This document shows, piece after piece, positions 41,129 to 50,715 of a stretch of 64,000 nucleotides of DNA. This stretch comes from an uncultured Actinomycetota bacterium. Its GTDB lineage: Bacteria > Actinomycetota > Acidimicrobiia > Acidimicrobiales > Bog-793. The notes beneath the pieces are model-generated. The model was not told the DNA's origin, ran no database searches, and was given only the letters and a program-made list of their open reading frames with translations. How positions within the stretch are numbered: position 1 is the stretch's first letter; the number at the start of each line of letters is the position of its first letter. The stretch is taken from the NCBI GenBank assembly GCA_963735115.1, contig CAVTJR010000003.1, positions 1,528,884-1,592,883 of the forward strand, in the 5' to 3' direction. The position numbers were made by a program, and so were the translations under genes.

Positions 41129-41389
41129 GTGGTTGAAGCCATCGTCCTCGTGAATGCGGAGCCCGCCCACTTGGCGAGCCTCGGTCGCCAGCTCGCCGAC
41201 GTGGCGGGAGTCTCGGCCGCCTTCTCGGTTGCGGGTGACGAGGATTTCGTCGCCGTAGTACGTGTCGTCAATCACGAGGAGTTGGCCGAGGTCGTCACGA
41301 CGCGGATCGCCGTCCTCGAGGGCATCACGCGCCTTCGAACACTCATCGCCTTTCGTAGCTACGGCACCGAGGACGAGCGTTACTTCTAG
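41129..41389 (+). CDS. Stand-alone Lrp/AsnC ligand-binding (RAM) domain protein
   Basis: 86 aa; FSVAGDEDFVAVVRV, LEGITRLRTLIAF; no HTH domain. Confidence 0.85.
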   Translation: MVEAIVLVNAEPAHLASLGRQLADVAGVSAAFSVAGDEDFVAVVRVVNHEELAEVVTTRIAVLEGITRLRTLIAFRSYGTEDERYF

Positions 41390-41483
41390 ACGCTCTCTCG
41401 CCTGAGCTCGGAGGCCGCCACGTTCGCCCGTCCAGGCGCTCGTGGCCCCGCAGCCGGCCGCTCGGGCGAGAGAAGATGAGGGG

Positions 41484-42869
41484 ATGAGCGATCTCCGCCA
41501 CCTTCTGGCCGACGCCGCCAGACGCGCCGCCGAGTACCGGGAGAACGTGTCCGACTCGCCTGTCTTCCCCTCCGACCTGGGGATCGAGTCGTTGCGTGGC
41601 GCCCTTTCCCTCCTGCCGGACGGGCCGACACCGCCTCTCGAGGTGATCGCCCAGCTGGCCGGCCTCGTCGAGCCGGCTCTCGTCGCCAGCACAGGACCGC
41701 GCTACTTCGGGTTCGTAACGGGCGGTTCGCTTGATGCAGCCACGGCGGCCGACGTGCTGACGACCGCATGGGACCAGAACGCCTACAACGCCGTCACCTC
41801 GCCTGCTGCCGCCGTAGTCGAGGAGGTTGCCGGCGGCTGGTTGAAGGGGCTGCTCGGCCTGCCGGCGGGAGCCGCCTTCGGCTTCGCTACGGGGGCACAG
41901 GGTGCCAACACGGTCTGCCTGGCCGCCGCCCGCCATGGCGTGCTCGCCGAGGCAGGCTGGGATGTCGAGCGCCACGGCCTGCTCGGAGGACCACGGCTGC
42001 GGGTGGTCGCCAACGGCGAGCGGCATGCCACGATCGACCGTGCGCTCAGGCTGCTCGGCCTCGGCGCCGAGCTGCTCGAGCCGGTGGAGACCGATTCCGA
42101 CGGGGCCATCGACGTCGACGACCTGAGACGGGTGCTCTTGCGGTCGCCGCCCGGCCCCACCATCGTCTGCCTGCAGGCCGGCAACGTCAACACGGGCGCC
42201 TTTGACGAGTTCACCTCAGCCGTGGCTGCCGCCCACGAGCACGGTGCCTGGGTTCATGTCGACGGCGCCTTCGGCCTCTGGGCGGGGTGCAACCCCGCGA
42301 CGGCCCACCTCGTGGCCGGCGTCGAGGGCGCCGACTCCTGGGCGACCGACGGACACAAATGGCTCAACGTCCCCTACGACTGCGGCTACGCCTTCTGTGC
42401 CCACCCGGACAGCCAGGCTGCCGCCATGTCCTACACGGCCGCCTACCTCAACAGCCCGGCAGGCGGCAGCTTGCGGTCGCCGGGCGACTTCGTGCTCGAG
42501 TCCTCCCGTCGGGCGAGGGGTTTCGCCACCTGGGCCGCCCTCCGCCAGCTCGGCCGCGAGGGCCTCGCCCAGCTGGTGGAGCGGTGCTGCGCCCTCGCCC
42601 GGCGCTTCGCCGCCGGGCTCGGCACGTCCGAGGGAATCTCGGTCGTGAACGACGTCGTGCTCAACCAAGTCCTCGTGCGCTTTGGCGACGACGAGCGGAC
42701 GGCTCGCGTCATCGAGACCATCCAGCGCTCCGGCGAGTGCTGGATGGGTGCTACCTCGTGGCATGGCATGCGCCTCATGCGGATCTCGGTGTCGAGCTGG
42801 CGCACGACAGAGGCCGACGTGGACCGCTCGGTCGCGAGCATCCTTGCGGCCTCGAGGGCGGCGAGCTGA
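41484..42869 (+). CDS. Group II PLP-dependent decarboxylase (aromatic L-amino acid decarboxylase-like)
   Basis: GPRYFGFVTGG, WDQN, AGNVNTGAFD, HVDGAFG, SWATDGHKWLNVPYDCG. Confidence 0.9.
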   Translation: MSDLRHLLADAARRAAEYRENVSDSPVFPSDLGIESLRGALSLLPDGPTPPLEVIAQLAGLVEPALVASTGPRYFGFVTGGSLDAATAADVLTTAWDQNAYNAVTSPAAAVVEEVAGGWLKGLLGLPAGAAFGFATGAQGANTVCLAAARHGVLAEAGWDVERHGLLGGPRLRVVANGERHATIDRALRLLGLGAELLEPVETDSDGAIDVDDLRRVLLRSPPGPTIVCLQAGNVNTGAFDEFTSAVAAAHEHGAWVHVDGAFGLWAGCNPATAHLVAGVEGADSWATDGHKWLNVPYDCGYAFCAHPDSQAAAMSYTAAYLNSPAGGSLRSPGDFVLESSRRARGFATWAALRQLGREGLAQLVERCCALARRFAAGLGTSEGISVVNDVVLNQVLVRFGDDERTARVIETIQRSGECWMGATSWHGMRLMRISVSSWRTTEADVDRSVASILAASRAAS

Positions 42870-42894
42870 GCGCGGCCCCGCGGCGGCGAGGTTG

Positions 42895-43938
42895 CTATGG
42901 GGCGGCGAGGCTGGGCTCGCGATTGACCTCGTCGACGAGGTCGATGAGCTGCGCCAGGGTGTCGAGGCGGTGGATGACGTCGCCCGCCAGCTTGGCTTGC
43001 AGCGTCGTGATGCCCGCCTGGCGGTAGAGGCGTAGGCGCTCGCTCACCGTCTCCGGGGGACCGAGCAGGTTGGTCTTGAAGCCGAGCTCGGTCGGCACTC
43101 GGTCGGCCGCCTCCTGGCGGCGGCCGGAAAGCCACAGCTCCTGCACGGCCTGCACGTCGTCGCCGAACCCCTGTCGGGCGAAGGCGGCGTTGTAGAAGTT
43201 CTTGCCCTTGGAGCCCATCGCCCCGATCGTGAAGGCGTAACCCCGGGCGTGGCGCCCGGCCGCCTCCTCGACGTCCTCGGTGAGCTCCACCGCCACCGGG
43301 ATGACGAGCTCTAGGTCGGCCAGCGTCCGACCGGCGCCGGCGGCACCCGAGGAGAGATGCTGGAGGAAGACGGAGGCATGCTCGGGGATGAAGGCGTTGC
43401 CGATCCAGCCGTCCGCCAGCTCGCCGGTCAGCTCCAGGTTCCGCGGTCCGAGGGCGGCCACGAAGATGGGCACCTCGACGGGGGCGATCATCGAGCGCAA
43501 GGCGCGGCCAGGACCATCGGGCAAGGGCAGCTGGAAGACCTCGCCCACGTAGCTGAGGCGATCGCCGCGGGCGACGGTGCGGACGATGTCGATCGTCTCG
43601 CGGGTGGCCGCCAGGGGCGAACGAAAGCGGACGCCGTGCCAACCCTCCATGACCTGCGGCCCGCTCGTGCCGAGGCCGAGGAGGAAGCGCCCGCCCGAGA
43701 GCAGCTGCAGCGACATCGCCGACATGGCGAGGTTGGCCGGTGTTCGCGCACCGAGCTGAACGATCCCGCTGGCGAGAGCGATCGTCGTCGTCTGGCCGGC
43801 CAGATACGCCAACGGCGTCAGGGCGTCCTGCCCCCAGACCTCCGGCACCCACACGGAGGTGGCACCCAACCGCTCGGCCTCGACGACGAAGGCGGCATCA
43901 TCGGCTGTTGAGACGAGGGCGCTGATCCCCACTTGCAT
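42895..43938 (-). CDS. LLM class F420-dependent oxidoreductase
   Basis: PEVWGQDA, ARTPANLAM, LGLGTSGPQVMEGWHG, AALGPRNLELTGELADGW. Confidence 0.9.
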   Translation of the reverse strand: MQVGISALVSTADDAAFVVEAERLGATSVWVPEVWGQDALTPLAYLAGQTTTIALASGIVQLGARTPANLAMSAMSLQLLSGGRFLLGLGTSGPQVMEGWHGVRFRSPLAATRETIDIVRTVARGDRLSYVGEVFQLPLPDGPGRALRSMIAPVEVPIFVAALGPRNLELTGELADGWIGNAFIPEHASVFLQHLSSGAAGAGRTLADLELVIPVAVELTEDVEEAAGRHARGYAFTIGAMGSKGKNFYNAAFARQGFGDDVQAVQELWLSGRRQEAADRVPTELGFKTNLLGPPETVSERLRLYRQAGITTLQAKLAGDVIHRLDTLAQLIDLVDEVNREPSLAAP

Positions 43939-44017
43939 GCTGAGCAACCTCCGGCGAGACGCGGCGGACGCTCGGCCGGCTCCGGTTCGCCGCGCCAGTG
44001 AACTCGCACCTCACTAC

Positions 44018-44063
44018 GCTGTCAAGGGCCAGCCTCGGTGCCGTCAAGGGCCAGCGCCTCGGC
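44018..44063. repeat. Imperfect tandem repeat with 22-bp period in a divergent promoter
   Basis: GTCAAGGGCCAGC at 44021-44033 and 44043-44055. Confidence 0.6.
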
Positions 44064-44098
44064 GCGGAAACAGAGCCAGCCTGGGTGAGAAGGGTGAC

Positions 44099-44605
44099 GT
44101 GGAGCCTCCCGAACTGCGTTACAGCGACGGCCCAACGGTCGAGGTTGTTCTCGTGATCGCCGCGCCCCTTGACGTCGTGTGGACCTGTGTGTCCGACATT
44201 CAGCTGCCGGCCCGCTTCAGCACCGAGCTCCTCGGCGCCGAGTGGCTCGACGGCGCCACCGGAGCGCACGTGGGCGCCCGGTTCGTCGGCCACAACCGCC
44301 ACCCGGCTATCGGTGACTGGGACACGACGTCGACGATCTACGCCTGCGAACCGGGACACGTGCTCGGCTGGGCGGTCGGCGACATCGAGGCTCCCTCGGC
44401 TCGCTGGTGCTTCACGCTCGCACCGGAGGGCGCGGGCACGAGGCTCACCCAGTGGATGCAGATGGGGCCTGCTCGAAGTGGCATCAACCTCGCCATTGAC
44501 ACCATGCCCGACAAGGAGTCCAAGATCCTGCGTCGTCGGCTCGCCGAGCACCGCGCCAACATGGAACGCACGCTTGTCGGCATCAAGGAGACGGCGGAGG
44601 CCTGA
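44099..44605 (+). CDS. SRPBCC / polyketide cyclase family protein
   Basis: IAAPLDVVW, GARFVGHN, GWAV...ARWCFTL, GTRLTQ, NMERTL. Confidence 0.85.
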   Translation: MEPPELRYSDGPTVEVVLVIAAPLDVVWTCVSDIQLPARFSTELLGAEWLDGATGAHVGARFVGHNRHPAIGDWDTTSTIYACEPGHVLGWAVGDIEAPSARWCFTLAPEGAGTRLTQWMQMGPARSGINLAIDTMPDKESKILRRRLAEHRANMERTLVGIKETAEA

Positions 44606-44620
44606 GAACCCCCCGCCCGG

Positions 44621-46165
44621 TCACGCTCGCCGTGAGCCCTCGATCGCATCGCTCACGTCGCCGCCAGCCGATGGCCCTCGTCTCTGCCGAGCAGACGGGA
44701 GGCCGCCGCTCGTGACCTCGGCCGTCCGTTCAGCCGTCCTGAGCGCCCATGGCGTCGTCGTCACGATGCCGAGCGAGAGGACGAGGGCGCCGCAACCGGT
44801 CATCAGCCACCAGCCGTCATGGGTGGCAGACGGGAAGCGTTCCACGAACCGACCACCCGCCAGGCCGGCCACGGCGGTTGCCCCGACGATGGCGACGCCG
44901 AGAGTCTGGCCGATCTGGCGGCTCGTGGAGGCGATGGCGCTCGCCACGCCCGCTTGGCTGGCAGGCATGCCGGAAACGGCCGCCACCGTGATGGGGGCGT
45001 TCACGACTCCGAAGCCGACGCCGACGATGACGTAGGCAACGAACAGGCGCGTGAAGGACGTCGTGGCGGACAGGTTCGTAAGCAGGAGACCGCCGATACC
45101 GAGCCCGGCGCCGCCGAGCAGCAGCGACGGACGGGCACCTACCCGCCCGACCAGACGGCCCGAGATGGGAGACATCAGCACCGTCACTCCCGCCATCGGC
45201 ATCGTGTCAAGGCCGGCCCGAAGGGCCGAGAGACCTCGAACCTCCTGCAGGTACAACGTGTTCAGGAACAAGAAGCCCGCCAAGCACACGAAGGAGGCGA
45301 CGGCGATCACGGTCGCTCCGGAGAAGGGGGCGCTCTTGAAGAACCGCATGTCGATAAGCGGCTCTCTTCTCCTGCGCTCGTAGGCGACGAGCGTCCCGAG
45401 GCTCACGGCGGCGACGACGAAGAGACCGAGAATGAGCGGGGACTCCCAGCCACGCCGCGGACCCTCGATGATTCCGTACGTGAGAGAGAACAGCGTCACG
45501 ATCACGAGCAACTCGCCGAGGGGATCGAGCCGGCGGGCGGTCGGCGCCCTGGACTCCGACACGAAGGCACCGGTCAGCACGATGGCGGCAATCCCGATGG
45601 GGATGTTGACCCAGAAGATGGACCGCCACCCGACTGCTGCGACGAGGACGCCGCCCGTCACTGGCCCGAGCGCCATGCTGACGCCGACGACCGCTCCCCA
45701 GATGCCGATGGCCTGGGCCCGCTCTCGGGGGTCCTCGAAGGTGTTGCGGATGATCGACATGGCCACCGGGTTGAGCATCGACCCGCCGACGGCCTGCAGC
45801 ATCCTGAAGAGCACGAGCGACGTCAGGTTGGGCGCCAGGCTGCAGGCGAGCGAGCCCAGTGTGAACAGGATCAGGCCGAGCTGGAAGACCCTCCGGCGAC
45901 CAAAGCGATCCGCCATCGATCCTGAGAGCATGAGGAGACTCGCCAGCACGAGGGTGTAGGCGTCCACGATCCACTGCAAGCCGGACACCGAGGCGTGGAG
46001 CTGCTTCGATATCGAGGGCAGCGCCACATTCACGATGGTGTTGTCGAGCCCGACAATGAACAGGCTCATGCAGCAGATGAACAGGACTCCGATGCGCCGC
46101 CGCCGGGAGGCAACCACCGCGATCCCGCTCGATGGAACCTCGCCCACCCGACAACCGTACGGCAA
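44621..46165 (-). CDS. MFS transporter, DHA2 (EmrB/QacA) family
   Basis: LDNTIVNVALP, ADRFGRRR, RMLQAVGG, WRSIFWVNIP; 14-TM pattern. Start uncertain. Confidence 0.92.
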   Translation of the reverse strand: MPYGCRVGEVPSSGIAVVASRRRRIGVLFICCMSLFIVGLDNTIVNVALPSISKQLHASVSGLQWIVDAYTLVLASLLMLSGSMADRFGRRRVFQLGLILFTLGSLACSLAPNLTSLVLFRMLQAVGGSMLNPVAMSIIRNTFEDPRERAQAIGIWGAVVGVSMALGPVTGGVLVAAVGWRSIFWVNIPIGIAAIVLTGAFVSESRAPTARRLDPLGELLVIVTLFSLTYGIIEGPRRGWESPLILGLFVVAAVSLGTLVAYERRRREPLIDMRFFKSAPFSGATVIAVASFVCLAGFLFLNTLYLQEVRGLSALRAGLDTMPMAGVTVLMSPISGRLVGRVGARPSLLLGGAGLGIGGLLLTNLSATTSFTRLFVAYVIVGVGFGVVNAPITVAAVSGMPASQAGVASAIASTSRQIGQTLGVAIVGATAVAGLAGGRFVERFPSATHDGWWLMTGCGALVLSLGIVTTTPWALRTAERTAEVTSGGLPSARQRRGPSAGGDVSDAIEGSRRA

Positions 46166-46206
46166 TGCAACGGACCTGGCTGCGAGGTGACCGACTCGAA
46201 CGCAGC

Positions 46207-47277
46207 TCAGGTGCTTGTGGACCTCGGTCCGATGGCGGATCCACCCGCGATGGTCACGAGCTCAGTGAGCACGCGCCGGAGCTCCATCGTGTTGCGGTCG
46301 GCCCGCGTGTGCACCTCCGTGCGGAGGTTGAGGGGCAGCGACAGCTCGTCATAGCGCGTCTGCACGGCGAGGTCCTCGTTGAGGACCTCCTGCTCGAAGG
46401 CGATGGCACCCGCCTTGGCGTCGAGATCACCACCAAGATCGTCGCGCCAGAGCGTCGTGTAGAGCCTGCAGCGCTCTTCGCTCAACGGCTGGATGAAGAA
46501 GCCGATCACGTTGCGGCCGCGAGCCTCCAGGAACTCGAGCCGAAGCGAGAGGAAGAACGGCACCTGGTACCGGTAGGTCATGCGACGGGTCTGGACGAGT
46601 GGGCGGATGCCCTCTGCCACCCCCGGATCCTCCCGGTTGGCGAAGGGATGCTCGTAGACGACGCGAAAGCCCCAGCCGTCGCGTTCGACGTCATAGGGAG
46701 CCAACGTCCTCGACTCGTCCGTGCCGAAGGTACCGGCGTGGACGAACGGGAAGTGGGCAAAGTCGAGGAAGTTGTCCGCCATGAGCCCGGCGCTTGCTCG
46801 AGCCTCGGTAGGAGGCAGCTCGAGCATCTCGAAACCGCCCTCCTCGGCCTCCGGGATCGAAGGCAACTCGACGATGGGAGTCTCAGGAGCGAGAAAGACC
46901 ATCCCAAAACGTTCAGCTACGCCGGCTGGGGCCTCTAGGCGGGCGTTCGGCGGGAGGGCGGCCCCGGGTCCGAGCGCCGGAATCTCGACGCATCGGCCCG
47001 AGACGTCGTAACACCAGCCGTGGTAGGCGCAGCGCAGGACGTCGTCCTCGCGACTGCCGAGGGAGAGAGGAGCGAGCCGGTGGGGGCAGCGATCGAGGAA
47101 GACAACGGGTTTGTCGCCCGACCGGAAGGCCACGTACGGCTCTCCGAGCAGCTCCAGCCTCAGCGGCTGCTCGCCGATCTCGGCCGAGCGGGCTACCGGA
47201 TGCCAACATCGCCGCAGCGCGGGATGGGTGTTGTTCAATCGCTCGACGTCATCGGATGGCCGCACGGGGTCCCTCAC
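46207..47277 (-). CDS. Rieske non-heme iron oxygenase alpha subunit (VanA-like)
   Basis: CPHR...CAYHGW Rieske motif and NFLDFAHFPFVH mononuclear Fe motif. Confidence 0.9.
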   Translation of the reverse strand: MRDPVRPSDDVERLNNTHPALRRCWHPVARSAEIGEQPLRLELLGEPYVAFRSGDKPVVFLDRCPHRLAPLSLGSREDDVLRCAYHGWCYDVSGRCVEIPALGPGAALPPNARLEAPAGVAERFGMVFLAPETPIVELPSIPEAEEGGFEMLELPPTEARASAGLMADNFLDFAHFPFVHAGTFGTDESRTLAPYDVERDGWGFRVVYEHPFANREDPGVAEGIRPLVQTRRMTYRYQVPFFLSLRLEFLEARGRNVIGFFIQPLSEERCRLYTTLWRDDLGGDLDAKAGAIAFEQEVLNEDLAVQTRYDELSLPLNLRTEVHTRADRNTMELRRVLTELVTIAGGSAIGPRSTST

Positions 47278-47379
47278 CTTCGTCAGCAGGGCCGGGCGGG
47301 CTCAGGCTAGGCGAAGGCACCATGGGCGGTTACGGGTGTGGCACCGAGTTCGCCCTGGAGCCGCCTCGCGTGCCGGTTG

Positions 47380-47393
47380 TTGACCTTCGGCCC
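47380..47393 (+). promoter_or_regulatory. DevR/DosR-like box
   Basis: TTGACCTTCGGCCC(TA), followed 23 nt later by GACACT (47417-47422). Confidence 0.55.
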
Positions 47394-47472
47394 TATTCGC
47401 CTCCGCCCATCGAGCCGACACTGTCAGCAGAGGCTTCGCGAGGCGCAGCCCGAAGCAGGAGGGACGAGCCAC

Positions 47473-47703
47473 ATGACCGACGTGATGATGCCTGAGGGGA
47501 TGGTGCACGCCGAGCGCGCCGAGGTGCACGAGAAGCAACCGGCGGTGTACGCGGCCGGGCGCATCTGCGACGAGCCGTTGTGTGGAACAAGGCTGTCCAT
47601 CTACAACCGTTCGACGACCTGCGCGCTTCATGCCCACGTCTCCTATGCCAGCAGCGGCCACCGCGTGCATCGCGGCCGTCGCAGGGCTGCCTCGGCGGCC
47701 TAG
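47473..47703 (+). CDS. Small hypothetical protein with putative Zn finger and basic tail
   Basis: AGGAGG RBS; GRICDEPLCGTRLSIYNRSTTCALH (C-x4-C-x12-C-x2-H); RVHRGRRR tail. Confidence 0.65.
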   Translation: MTDVMMPEGMVHAERAEVHEKQPAVYAAGRICDEPLCGTRLSIYNRSTTCALHAHVSYASSGHRVHRGRRRAASAA

Positions 47704-47757
47704 CCCCAACGCGGACACGCTGAGCGAATTCTCAGGTTCAGGTGCGATACTGGAGCC

Positions 47758-48930
47758 ATGGCGGATACAAAGACATGGACGATCAGGACGGGTGTCGGCC
47801 TCGTGCTGGTGTGCGGGCTCGCAGCCGGTGGCTACGGCATCGTGCACGCAGCCTCCGGCTCGCATGACGGCGCCCTCGCAGGCACTGACACGGCATCCCG
47901 CTCAGCAGCGAAACCCTCTGGTTCGAGCTCGCCCCCGAGCTCGTGGCCGAATGGCGGGTTCCGGCGAGGCGGTGCGGGCTTCGGGCCTGGCGCCTTCGGA
48001 CGGGTCGGCGCCGGCTTCGGGCCTGGCAGCTTCGGGCTAGGTGGCGCCTCGGGCACGGTCGCAACGGTCGCAACCCGGTCGTTCACCGTGAAGACCCAGC
48101 AGGGAAGCACCCTCACTGTCGACACAACAGCCTCCACCACGTACTACGAGGCCGTCTCGAAGGTCGGAGCATCTGCCCTCAAGGCCGGCGAGCGGGTCGC
48201 CATCTCGTTCACGCGACCGGCGTCGTCAGCCGCAGGATCGAGCTCAGCTGGCACCGCCAAATCTGTGACACCCGTGGCCGCCACCGTCAACATCATCCTG
48301 CCCACGCTGCAGGGCGAGGTGGTCTCGAACTCCGGCGGGACGATCGTCATCGAGGACGCCCAGGGTTTCCAGCGCACGGTCGACACGTCGGGCTCGACGA
48401 CGTATACGGAAGCCGGCGCCACCGTCCCGACATCGGCGGTGACCAACGGCCTCGACATCATCGCCTTCGGCACCATCGCCTCTGACCACACCGACCTCGA
48501 CGCCACGACCGTCGAGGTGATCGGGCCGGTCGCCGCAGGCAAGGTGACGAAGATCTCGGGCACGACGATCACCGTCTCGTCGCCATGGGGCGGCGGGGGT
48601 TCCACAACGATCGCCACGACGCCGTCGACGATCTTCCGGAAGGGTGGGAAGGCATCGTCACTCGCCCGCCTCAAGGTCGGGGACATCGTGACGGCGATCG
48701 GCACCCGTGAGAGCGGCGGCACCTTTGCCGCCACAGCCGTCAGCTTCGGCTCGCTCGCCAGCACGCCGAGGAACGCCGGGGGGCTCGGGCTCGGCGGCGG
48801 CTTCTTCGGCGGCGTCGGGTCTCGGCCGAGCTTTGGAGGCTCTGGTGCCCCCGGTCCAGTGCCCGCTGCCGCCGGCGGCGGTCTTGACGGAGCGAGCGGC
48901 TTCGGCTCCTCGAGCCTGCTCACGTACTGA
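47758..48930 (+). CDS. Exported Gly/Thr-rich protein with three repeated beta domains (DUF5666-like)
   Basis: N-terminal TM/signal; three repeats of G-x-V...T.TVxTTxSTxY...LKxGxxV; Gly-rich termini. Confidence 0.7.
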   Translation: MADTKTWTIRTGVGLVLVCGLAAGGYGIVHAASGSHDGALAGTDTASRSAAKPSGSSSPPSSWPNGGFRRGGAGFGPGAFGRVGAGFGPGSFGLGGASGTVATVATRSFTVKTQQGSTLTVDTTASTTYYEAVSKVGASALKAGERVAISFTRPASSAAGSSSAGTAKSVTPVAATVNIILPTLQGEVVSNSGGTIVIEDAQGFQRTVDTSGSTTYTEAGATVPTSAVTNGLDIIAFGTIASDHTDLDATTVEVIGPVAAGKVTKISGTTITVSSPWGGGGSTTIATTPSTIFRKGGKASSLARLKVGDIVTAIGTRESGGTFAATAVSFGSLASTPRNAGGLGLGGGFFGGVGSRPSFGGSGAPGPVPAAAGGGLDGASGFGSSSLLTY

Positions 48931-48970
48931 GGAGCAGGAACGCCGGCAGCCCTCGAACGGCACCAAACCG

Positions 48971-49861
48971 TCACACCATGGAGGCGGTGGCCCGAAGGGC
49001 CTCGATGACCCGTTGCTGGCGTGGGGTGACGGTCAGCAGCGAGAGCAGCTCCGTGCGGTGAACGAGTCGTGGGCTGCCAAGCGGCACGCGTGAGATGCCC
49101 GCGACGCCGGGGCACGCGGGTGCCGGTAGCAGCGCGACGCCGAGGCCGGCAGCAACGAGGGCGAGCAGCGTGAGGAGGTCACTGCCCTCATAGACCAACC
49201 GGGCACGCCGTCCCACCGCGACCGGCGGCCGATCGTAAACGCTGGTGCCGGTGAGGGCTGGAGCCACGATCCAGGGGGCGTCGGCGAGAACGGCGAGATC
49301 GATGCTTGCCCGAGCCTGCAACGGATGATCGGAGGGGAGCGCCACCACCAGGCCGGCTTCGGCCATCGCGGCCGACGACAGCAGCCCGGCGTCGGCCAGG
49401 TGCAACGGCTCGTTCGGGGCGGCGATCCCATCGACGAGAGCGGCGTCCACGGCTCCCGAAGCCACCTCCGCGACGGCGGCGCGCGGATCGGCCGAGCGAA
49501 CCGTGACGCGCAAGCGGGGATCGATGGAGCGCACCTCCCGCAGCGCCGCTGCCAACAGCTGGGGAGCGGCCAAGGGGCAGGCGGCGACGCGAACCTCCAT
49601 CGGTTCGTTGCCGAGATGGCTCAGCTCGCTGCGGGCGACATCGAGGCGCAGGAGAACCCGCGCGGCGTGCTCGGCGAGTCGCTCGCCGGCCGGCGTCGGC
49701 CGCACCGGGCGACGCTGCACGAGCCGCTGCCCGACCTCGAGCTCGAGGGCCGCCACCTGCTGCGAGACGGCCGACTGGGTGTAACCGAGCTCTCTGGCGG
49801 CGGCGGTGAACGACCCGCAGCGAACGACAGCCAGCAAGGCGCGTAGTTCACGGACCTCCAT
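48971..49861 (-). CDS. LysR family transcriptional regulator
   Basis: GSFTAAARELGYTQSAVSQQVAALE, PTPAGE; divergent from the GATase gene. Confidence 0.93.
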   Translation of the reverse strand: MEVRELRALLAVVRCGSFTAAARELGYTQSAVSQQVAALELEVGQRLVQRRPVRPTPAGERLAEHAARVLLRLDVARSELSHLGNEPMEVRVAACPLAAPQLLAAALREVRSIDPRLRVTVRSADPRAAVAEVASGAVDAALVDGIAAPNEPLHLADAGLLSSAAMAEAGLVVALPSDHPLQARASIDLAVLADAPWIVAPALTGTSVYDRPPVAVGRRARLVYEGSDLLTLLALVAAGLGVALLPAPACPGVAGISRVPLGSPRLVHRTELLSLLTVTPRQQRVIEALRATASMV

Positions 49862-49864
49862 TCG

Positions 49865-49879
49865 ATAAGTATTACTGAT
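49865..49879. promoter_or_regulatory. LysR-type T-N11-A box
   Basis: ATAAGTATTACTGAT, an AT-rich dyad immediately upstream of the lysR start. Confidence 0.55.
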
Positions 49880-49935
49880 GTAGAGATAGCGGAACATCGT
49901 TGGACGTTCTGTTCGGCTTCAGCGAGGATGCAGAC

Positions 49936-50715
49936 ATGACGTCATCGCCTGCTCCCCCATCCCCTCGGCTTGCCCTCGTCGGCGACCGCTCGCCCTCGGT
50001 GCAAGCACACGTCAAGATCCCGGACCTCATCGATGCGCTCGCCACGGACACCGAGGAGCTCATCGAGATCTACTGGCTGCACAGCACGAGCATCACGGCG
50101 CCCGGCGACGTGGCCGGCTTCGACGGCATCTGGGTCACTCCAGGGAGCCCGTACGAGAACCCGGACGGAGTCCTGGCCGCCATCACGGCGGCCCGAACCG
50201 GGGCGATCCCGTTCCTCGGGACGTGCGGCGGCTTCCAGCACCTGCTCCTCGAGTTCGCTCGCAACGTGTGCGGGCTTGCCGAGGTGGAGAACGCCGAGGA
50301 GCATGAGGAGGCTCCAAAACAGCTCATCGTTCCGCTCGAGTGCTCGCTGCTCGGGGAGGAAGCGCCCGTGGTGGTCGAGGCGGGCACGACGGCCGCCAGC
50401 GCTATGGGCGCCGGACAGTCGACGGAGCGCTTCTTCTGTCGTTACGGCCTGAACGTCGACTACCTCGCCGTCCTGCAAAGCCACGGCCTCGTCATCAGCG
50501 GGCATGACGACCTCGGCGACGCCCGCGTAGCGGAGCTGGCGATGCATCCGTTCTTCGTCGGCTCGCTCTTCCAGCCTGAGCTGTCATCCGATCCGACGTG
50601 GGTGCACCCGCTCATCGTCGCTTTCGCGGCGGCCGTTCGCAGGCATGCCGCCGCCCGCGCCGATACCTCGGGCCCCCAGCGAGCGCCCGTCTCGTCGCTG
50701 GCGGGGGTGGAGTGA
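49936..50715 (+). CDS. Stand-alone CTP-synthase-like glutamine amidotransferase domain protein
   Basis: ALVGD, DGIWVTPGSPY, PFLGTCGGFQH, HPFFVGSLFQPE; no synthetase domain. Confidence 0.85.
   Translation: MTSSPAPPSPRLALVGDRSPSVQAHVKIPDLIDALATDTEELIEIYWLHSTSITAPGDVAGFDGIWVTPGSPYENPDGVLAAITAARTGAIPFLGTCGGFQHLLLEFARNVCGLAEVENAEEHEEAPKQLIVPLECSLLGEEAPVVVEAGTTAASAMGAGQSTERFFCRYGLNVDYLAVLQSHGLVISGHDDLGDARVAELAMHPFFVGSLFQPELSSDPTWVHPLIVAFAAAVRRHAAARADTSGPQRAPVSSLAGVE

Noticed and set aside
47971-48036. 36-bp-period repeat (GAGFGPGxFG)
   Set aside because: Coding Gly-rich repeat; only two copies, not a CRISPR array.
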